64,000 nucleotides of DNA, taken from the IMG/VR virus record IMGVR_UViG_3300020457_000004, positions 73,117-137,116 of that record; one strand, written 5' to 3'. The position numbers and the translations under genes are program-made. A model generated the notes under the pieces. The model worked only from the letters and a program-made list of their open reading frames with translations. It ran no database searches and had not been told where the DNA came from. The stretch is from a virus. Of the stretch, positions 58,708 to 64,000 are shown piece after piece (positions within the stretch are counted from its first letter, which is position 1; every line of letters begins with the position of its first letter).

Positions 58708-58866
58708 ATGGCTAGAAAATGGAACGCGGTACATGTACATGAACCAACAAAAAAGGGTACATCTCAAGGTATAGGTGGACGAGGGCGTAGTGTTAAAATT
58801 AATACATCTACGATGAACAAGCACAAAAAAAGGTCTTATAAGAAATATAGGGGACAGGGAAGATAA
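58708..58866 (+). CDS. 52-aa basic protein ending KKYRGQGR
   Basis: MARKWNAVHVHEPTKKGTSQGIGGRGRSVKINTSTMNKHKKRSYKKYRGQGR, GGAG SD; below the ORF track cutoff. Confidence 0.75.
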   Translation: MARKWNAVHVHEPTKKGTSQGIGGRGRSVKINTSTMNKHKKRSYKKYRGQGR

Positions 58867-58867
58867 G

Positions 58868-60268
58868 ATGCCCACACTATCAGCAGATGACATGCGAAAA
58901 AAGTCTTCCGCTGGCGATTACGCTGGTGAGTCGCGGTTAGACATATTCGACCTAAAAATAAAAGACAAAAAACCATTTGTCGTAGGTTCATCTGCGTCTG
59001 GTACAAAAGTAATCGGCATATCTTATGATAGAAAAGCCGAAATACTAACCTATAAAGTCAATCGACAAACAAAAGAAGCAAGACGGTCACAGATATTCAA
59101 GGATAAGGATTTCGGTGGCGGTGGTGGTTCTGGCGGCGGTGCAGCTGATACCGCACTAACAGAAAGCCTACAATGTTTCTATAATGCGTATGTATTCAAT
59201 GTAAAGAAGAATAAATGCGAATCAGTATCACCAGCACAACTTAAATCATCAGCTAAGTTTGCCCACACCGACAAATCACTTGCAGACTGTTTGAGTAAAG
59301 GGCCTTCTGATTGGATTGAAACGGATGTTTATATAAAGACCGCGAATAAACTATGGGAAAAGTATGGTAGGAAAATGACTAAGAATGGTGCTGTACATTT
59401 TCATAGAGGGTCACCATTCATGAATAATTTGTATAATGCCAAAGCAGAGTGCCATAAAATAGATAAAGCTTCAGATGACCCACAGGCGCCAGGGTCATTC
59501 TCTCATGACAAATGGAATCCAGGCGATATATGGGCAACTACATTTGGTGCTTTAGAAAAACCTTTATCAGAAAGCACATCTAGTTGGGGTGAGTTAAATG
59601 CACAAGTATTAAAACTCGCAAAGGCAGGCAAACTTCTTGGTATATCACTCAAGAAAATAGGCAAGAACTCGCCTGCTACTTGTAAAGAATTCAATACTCC
59701 AACGCAACTAGAAAATAGAGATACATTTACATACGGTAGTTTCAAGTTCGGTAAAACTGGGGACTTCTTTAGTTCCCAAGACATCTACATAGACACGAGT
59801 GGGGGTGAGATACAGTTTAGAACATTCGGTGGTGATACTTCATGGCAGGGTGAGATTAAGGGTGGTGCAGCCGCTGGTGGTAAAATAGGTGGGGGTAATG
59901 TAGACTTCTATTGTAAACAAGTATTCAATAATGATATTTACAATGGAAAAGGTTCTGAGAAAGCATTTCTATCTTCTATCAAGTCTGATAAGAAGTGGCC
60001 ATCAAAGGCATATGAAATCTACAAGAAGTTTAATTCTAAAAGTAAACCATCAATTGACCTAGTATCAGAAAAGGTCTTTCTACAAGAGTGGGCAAACCAC
60101 GAACAGGGTGATAACTTTAGAATGTCTAAGTCTATCTGCCTAACATTCCTAGAGGCATTCAATTCAACTGGTGCAAGTAAGAAGAAACAACACGACCTTA
60201 TAACAAAGATGTTTAGGTACGCGAGTTCAGATGTTGACCAATCTTCTTTCTTTGTAAAAGTAAGCTAA
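58868..60268 (+). CDS. Hypothetical protein, possible PD-(D/E)XK-fold nuclease
   Basis: GGSGGGA..T..TES.QC, DKWNPGDIW and GISLKK motifs; the nuclease call is inference. Confidence 0.6.
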   Translation: MPTLSADDMRKKSSAGDYAGESRLDIFDLKIKDKKPFVVGSSASGTKVIGISYDRKAEILTYKVNRQTKEARRSQIFKDKDFGGGGGSGGGAADTALTESLQCFYNAYVFNVKKNKCESVSPAQLKSSAKFAHTDKSLADCLSKGPSDWIETDVYIKTANKLWEKYGRKMTKNGAVHFHRGSPFMNNLYNAKAECHKIDKASDDPQAPGSFSHDKWNPGDIWATTFGALEKPLSESTSSWGELNAQVLKLAKAGKLLGISLKKIGKNSPATCKEFNTPTQLENRDTFTYGSFKFGKTGDFFSSQDIYIDTSGGEIQFRTFGGDTSWQGEIKGGAAAGGKIGGGNVDFYCKQVFNNDIYNGKGSEKAFLSSIKSDKKWPSKAYEIYKKFNSKSKPSIDLVSEKVFLQEWANHEQGDNFRMSKSICLTFLEAFNSTGASKKKQHDLITKMFRYASSDVDQSSFFVKVS

Positions 60269-60295
60269 AAAAAAGGGCAACCTAAGTCGCCCTTT
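60267..60295 (-). terminator. Rho-independent terminator between convergent genes (possibly bidirectional)
   Basis: AAAGGGCGAC-TTAG-GTTGCCC followed by T8 on the minus strand. Confidence 0.8.
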
Positions 60296-60334
60296 ATTCC
60301 ATTTGTGTCTGGTTAACGGTTCGTTAAACTCTTA

Positions 60335-60643
60335 TTAAGCTACTAGACCTCTAGAAGCTGCAAGAGCTTTGTATCCAGCGGCAATAATTGCCCTAGAAGG
60401 TGTTCCCAAACGGTATCGTGAGACACCTTTTCGTACATTGCCATTCCTGTCAGTATACGCTGGGGTTTTGTTTAAATAAATGGCGAAACCATTCTGACGA
60501 AGGTGTGTCACCAATGCTCTCGCATTAGTTACGCCAAACCTATTTTTCATTTCATTAGCAGTCAGACCTTGGTCTGTTTTCTGCAAGGCTGAAATAACCT
60601 TTTTCGCTTGTGAAGTTTTTTTCATACTATACTCCGTTTTCAA
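60335..60643 (-). CDS. Small winged-helix-like DNA-binding protein
   Basis: LT..E...RFGV.N.RA.V..LR..GFAIYLN...YRLGTPSRAIIAAGY; likely start is MKKT at 60625. Confidence 0.65.
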   Translation of the reverse strand: MKTEYSMKKTSQAKKVISALQKTDQGLTANEMKNRFGVTNARALVTHLRQNGFAIYLNKTPAYTDRNGNVRKGVSRYRLGTPSRAIIAAGYKALAASRGLVA

Positions 60644-60740
60644 TAATAAAGTTAACTTAAAGTGTTAACCATCCACAAATTCATTTAGTCGCATCGTAAC
60701 AAAAGTTCGGTGCGTATGAAAGGCAAATCTTCTCGTCCTT

Positions 60741-60902
60741 TCATTCTGCTGTTGGTGTAGTACTATCGTGCAGCTTACCAGAAGTTGATGTTTTAATGGA
60801 AACATCTAAGTCTTGGTCTTTTGGTAATTCAGCGATAAGATTTATTCTTCCGCTACATGCTGTTATCATAATACACACAACTAATATACTCAAGTATTTC
60901 AT
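60741..60902 (-). CDS. 53-aa putative lipoprotein
   Basis: MKYLSILVVCIMITACSGRINL..., lipobox ITA-C, AAGGA SD; missed by the ORF track. Confidence 0.65.
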   Translation of the reverse strand: MKYLSILVVCIMITACSGRINLIAELPKDQDLDVSIKTSTSGKLHDSTTPTAE

Positions 60903-60924
60903 TGTTTTTGTCCTTCTATAAAAG

Positions 60925-61166
60925 TGGGCAGTTTAGGATGAAGAGAGATGCCCAGCTCTCTTTGTCCATCTGTGTTATGCGAGGCCATCACTGCCCTCTG
61001 TAGTCTGATGGACTGAGCCTTTTTCGGTCTGTGTGTTACCATGCGCCACTGCTCAGGGCTCCTTATGGTTTAACGACATACTATCTTGATGCATCATTAC
61101 ATGGCTATCAATGTTCAGTCGAGGCAGTTTATAGTGTGACAGGATGGAGTCTTTGCCTAGGACTAC
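60925..61166 (-). ncRNA. Putative structured ncRNA made of repeated H-type pseudoknot modules
   Basis: Three hairpins with CTRRGCA loops, each complementary to a downstream TGCCT, GCTCAG or TGCCCA segment; no credible CDS here. Confidence 0.55.
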
Positions 61167-61177
61167 AACTGTTAAAT

Positions 61178-61247
61178 TGGAGCGGCGTCTAGGAGTTTCA
61201 CCTAACCTTGTCCGTTGGAAACGGATTGTACGAATACCGTCCACCGC
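61178..61247 (-). tRNA. Atypical tRNA-Gly(TCC)-like RNA, 70 nt
   Basis: GCGGTG...CGCCGC-T-CCA acceptor, anticodon loop TT-TCC-AA, T-arm TTAGG-TGAAACT-CCTAG, D-arm reduced to GTA-TTCG-TAC. Confidence 0.7.
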
Positions 61248-61252
61248 ATGTT

Positions 61253-61301
61253 TATTTATACAAGTTTCAACCATTATACTGATCTTTTTTGCAAATGTCA
61301 A
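61253..61301 (-). promoter_or_regulatory. Tandem sigma70 consensus (TTGACA-17-TATAAT, 61273-61301) and late (TATAAATA, 61253-61260) promoters
   Basis: Exact motifs directly upstream of the tRNA-like RNA. Confidence 0.85.
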
Positions 61302-61314
61302 GCGTTTTTTTCAA

Positions 61315-61644
61315 TTATTTTCCAATGTCTTTTATATTGGATTTACCGATTACTTGATACGCACCTTTATTGTATGCTGGTGCAACCGTGTAACCAGATG
61401 AAATTTCTTGCTTCTGTCGTATCCACTTATCATCCTTAGTGCCACTTGTTGGTGCCATAGAATTAAGCGATGGATACTTTCGCCTGTGTTCATTCATCTC
61501 ATCAAGACGATAATGAGGAACAGACTTCATAGGTTCAGACTTAAAGACAGTCTTACGCTTGGTTGGATTGTTCTTCTTATATGCCTTACGCTTACGCCCA
61601 GACATATCGTATCGAAGGCTACCGCCCATGTGCATCATACCCAT
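61315..61644 (-). CDS. Hypothetical basic protein
   Basis: C-terminal YTVAPAYNKGAYQVI...IKDIGK, a motif I recall from marine T4-like phages. Confidence 0.7.
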   Translation of the reverse strand: MGMMHMGGSLRYDMSGRKRKAYKKNNPTKRKTVFKSEPMKSVPHYRLDEMNEHRRKYPSLNSMAPTSGTKDDKWIRQKQEISSGYTVAPAYNKGAYQVIGKSNIKDIGK

Positions 61645-61835
61645 GATGGATTTACCTTTACAAACTTTCTACGCGCCTTACTAAACAACTTGGAAGGTCT
61701 CTTGTAGAAGATTTCTTTCTTGGTTCCTGTGATGATATAACCAACATTCTGATTCTTCTCATCAAAGATGTAGGTGTGGTTTTTTGTATTGTCTTCCCAC
61801 ACCGTAATCTCTTTCAAGTATGTCAACCCACTCAA
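61635..61835 (-). CDS. Small hypothetical protein
   Basis: LKEIT.W...NHTY...FSKARRKF; coupled to its neighbours. Confidence 0.65.
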   Translation of the reverse strand: MSGLTYLKEITVWEDNTKNHTYIFDEKNQNVGYIITGTKKEIFYKRPSKLFSKARRKFVKVNPSWV

Positions 61836-62083
61836 GACAATGACTCCAATAACTCCTCGTTAGAAGTCTCAAGAGTGAAGTACTCACCAAGGTACTTGTC
61901 AAAAGTCTTGACTAGATTGGTGTAGTCACTTGATTGCATTTCTTTTAGAACCAATTCACAGAAGTCATTGGAACCACCTTTTCGCAATACGCCACGGGCA
62001 GTACCCATTAGAACGAAAGCATTACCGTCAGGCCCATCAAGGTCAATCACCTGTTTACGGTTTTGGTTTTTTACTCGAATCAT
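61832..62083 (-). CDS. Small hypothetical protein
   Basis: IDLDGPDGNAFVLMG...EM.S.DY..LV.TFD; GGAG SD. Confidence 0.7.
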   Translation of the reverse strand: MIRVKNQNRKQVIDLDGPDGNAFVLMGTARGVLRKGGSNDFCELVLKEMQSSDYTNLVKTFDKYLGEYFTLETSNEELLESLS

Positions 62084-62244
62084 ACATCTTCTCCGTACTT
62101 AATATTAAAATCGTATGTTGCCCATCCCATGAGCGCAAGACCCATGGCGGCAAATGCCATTGTTTCTGAGATAGACATTGTGTTTTGTTCCAAACCACCA
62201 ACGCTACCTACCACTAAAAAGAATCCTAGAAACCATCTTATCAT
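62080..62244 (-). CDS. 54-aa membrane protein
   Basis: MIRWFLGFFLVVGSVGGLEQNTMSISETMAFAAMGLALMGWATYDFNIKYGEDV; ATGA overlaps at both ends. Confidence 0.65.
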   Translation of the reverse strand: MIRWFLGFFLVVGSVGGLEQNTMSISETMAFAAMGLALMGWATYDFNIKYGEDV

Positions 62245-62741
62245 TTTGCTACTCCCTGTGCTGTTATATTACCTGTCAAAAACTCTTGTTCCTCTAGGCA
62301 CTCCCAGAGTAATTTGCTTTCAAGTCGATACGCCTCTTTCTCCCAAGGCTGGTCATGATATTTTACCTTACGCGATATCACTTTTTTCTTCCACCGTGTT
62401 CGACCATTTTTGCCTGTATCCAAATCAACCATCTCACCCAGCACATACTGCTTGAGGTGGATGAATTCATGCAGAACACATTTGATAAAATCCGTCAAGT
62501 TCAAGTCTTTTGATATTTCAATCTGAAATCGTCTAGGGGACTTGCCGACAAAATCTTCTGGGTCAGCAGAGTCATCTGTGCAATACCCAATTGAAGTGTC
62601 GTTCTTGAAATCCCTAATATGTACATTCACATCAAGCTTGCGTATGTTCGGCAAAAGACGGTTCATACCAAATCGAACCGTCCCGAATACCAATTGTTTT
62701 TGATATCGATTGCCACCTGTCACGCGAAGGCATAGTGACAT
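62241..62741 (-). CDS. Zincin-like metallopeptidase
   Basis: HEFIH (HExxH) plus a downstream PWEKEA. Confidence 0.7.
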   Translation of the reverse strand: MSLCLRVTGGNRYQKQLVFGTVRFGMNRLLPNIRKLDVNVHIRDFKNDTSIGYCTDDSADPEDFVGKSPRRFQIEISKDLNLTDFIKCVLHEFIHLKQYVLGEMVDLDTGKNGRTRWKKKVISRKVKYHDQPWEKEAYRLESKLLWECLEEQEFLTGNITAQGVAK

Positions 62742-62744
62742 ACT

Positions 62745-63107
62745 CTACGCTGCCTCAGTTAGTTCGTAAGCCTTGTTCCACTTACCAATGTTAATATCAT
62801 TGTACCACGCGACATGGAAATAGTCGGTCATGATATCAGACTTGTCAAACCAATCATCGCCCTTCATGGCGGCAAGCAATTCGACTAGGAAGTCTTTTGC
62901 AACGCCCGTCCATTGATTCTCGATATGGTAAGGATTAACTTGATAATGTTCGTTTTGCGCCTTGAAGTCGATGACTCCAGACTTTAGATTGACAACCAAA
63001 GTAGAATGATTGTTAACCGCGATAGTACCTTTCATCTTGTACTTTTTCAGTACCTTTTTGATACCAACCGCAAGTTCTTTTTTCTTTTCTTGGGACACAT
63101 AAGCCAT
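62745..63107 (-). CDS. Hypothetical early-type protein
   Basis: 120 aa, GAGG SD, FDKSDIMTDYF..AWY motif; first gene after a promoter-like region. Confidence 0.7.
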   Translation of the reverse strand: MAYVSQEKKKELAVGIKKVLKKYKMKGTIAVNNHSTLVVNLKSGVIDFKAQNEHYQVNPYHIENQWTGVAKDFLVELLAAMKGDDWFDKSDIMTDYFHVAWYNDINIGKWNKAYELTEAA

Positions 63108-63140
63108 AATTTTTAACCTCTCTCAATTGATTACAGGATC

Positions 63141-63233
63141 ATGATCACATATATTGGGGCAAATGTCAAGAAAAAGCTGCCTCCGTAAGCCATTGATTTT
63201 CCAAAGGAAAGCAAAAAAGTTGAATTTTTTTTC
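63141..63233 (-). promoter_or_regulatory. Early-type promoter region (CTTGACATTTGC -35, weak -10, A/T tracts)
   Basis: The -35 context CTTGACATTTGC is identical to the promoters at 31588 and 61301. Confidence 0.5.
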
Positions 63234-63884
63234 TCAAATATCGAAGATTTTACGCTGAAATCCCTCTGATAAGTCAATATTTTGCCCCGATTCTATCGCA
63301 GAAAGCACCTTGTCAGCGAGAATCTCGTGATTTACTGGGGACAGATGGTTCTCTCGTGAGTCTACACCCATTGATTGTGCTTGAAAGTCTTTTATCTCTC
63401 CCTGTGCTACTTCCATGAGCGAACCCTTGTCGCTGTATATCATATTCGCGGGCATGGTCACACTTCTATTCGCCTTGGAATCATCCTTGAATCCGTCCAG
63501 TACCACCAAGGCACGCAAACTGGATATATCCTTTAAATAAGATAAGGAATAAATCATATGATTGCGTAACGCGGTGTTCAATTTACGAACTGGTCTATCT
63601 TGATTATGATTGCCAGGCGAAAAACCATCGATACGATGCACCTCAGTCAAACAAACAACCACTACATCTTTCGGTTCCCACATTGAATAGGTATCACTTA
63701 TACTGATACTAGTCTTTTCCAATGAACCGCCAGGCCATCCATAATTAGATATCTTGTACCAACCTAGTTTATCCGAAAGAATCTTTGCCCATCGTGAAGG
63801 TTCACAGGCGAATGAATCGCCATATACCCACAGAGTTGGAAATGGCCAATCAGTAGATGAGTCCATATAACCAGCACCACACAT
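63234..63884 (-). CDS. SGNH/GDSL-fold-like protein
   Basis: VYGDSF, NYG.PG.S and C-terminal NHL...NH; likely start is MDSS at 63866. Confidence 0.6.
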   Translation of the reverse strand: MCGAGYMDSSTDWPFPTLWVYGDSFACEPSRWAKILSDKLGWYKISNYGWPGGSLEKTSISISDTYSMWEPKDVVVVCLTEVHRIDGFSPGNHNQDRPVRKLNTALRNHMIYSLSYLKDISSLRALVVLDGFKDDSKANRSVTMPANMIYSDKGSLMEVAQGEIKDFQAQSMGVDSRENHLSPVNHEILADKVLSAIESGQNIDLSEGFQRKIFDI

Positions 63885-63999
63885 TCAGAACTGTCCAATA
63901 GATAGGTTTATATAGAAGTACAAGCAGAACCGCTGGAATAAAGAACCACTTCCCCTTCCAGAGTATATGCATTAATGTCCCAATCGCGTTTAAATCGAA
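63850..63999 (-). CDS. Partial membrane protein (3' end only)
   Basis: Open frame ...LMHILWKGKWFFIPAVLLVLLYKPIYWTVLNVWCWLYGLIY*, overlapping the next start. Confidence 0.45.
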   Translation of the reverse strand, partial: FDLNAIGTLMHILWKGKWFFIPAVLLVLLYKPIYWTVLNVWCWLYGLIY

Positions 64000-64000
64000 A

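Noticed and set aside
61053-61439. Short ORFs on both strands (61053-61301, 61144-61401, 61215-61439)
   Set aside because: They overlap promoters, the tRNA-like RNA and the pseudoknot region, have no evident SD and no recognisable protein features
1-64000. Stop-codon reassignment, introns, inteins, integrase or transposase
   Set aside because: Core genes are full length in the standard code and end in TAA, TAG or TGA; no splicing, homing endonuclease or recombinase motifs were recognised

Overview
A 64-kb, AT-rich segment of a large T4-like myovirus, probably aquatic or marine (inferred from the gene set). Layout: (1) 1-25.4 kb, baseplate/tail module: a truncated DUF4815/VrlC-like giant protein, gp8, gp7, gp6, gp25, gp5, a gp27-like hub, gp53, gp48, gp4, gp2, gp54, two gp26 paralogs, gp51 and a probable gp29 tape measure. 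(2) 25.4-32.4 kb: a B12-radical SAM gene, gp32/gp59/gp33, an epimerase, a SleB hydrolase, a permuted two-piece tmRNA of apparently alphaproteobacterial type, an exonuclease and phoH. (3) 32.4-54.4 kb: a tightly coupled 22-kb minus-strand tailoring-enzyme operon with 7 radical SAM proteins carrying N-terminal twitch/SPASM-like domains, a carbamoyltransferase, nucleotide-sugar enzymes, glycosyltransferase-like and SGNH-like proteins, a methyltransferase, a GNAT, a 2OG-Fe(II) hydroxylase and a fatty acid desaturase. (4) 54.5-58.9 kb: a divergently transcribed operon of exported/membrane proteins headed by an Asn/Thr-repeat protein. (5) 60-64 kb: small early-type genes, plus an unannotated non-coding locus made of a degenerate tRNA-Gly-like RNA followed by several pseudoknot modules. 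Best leads: the radical SAM operon with its divergent exported-protein partner, the tRNA-like/pseudoknot RNA locus, a candidate -1 frameshift fusing gp26 to gp51, and the permuted tmRNA. All family calls come from motif recognition by eye; no searches were run.
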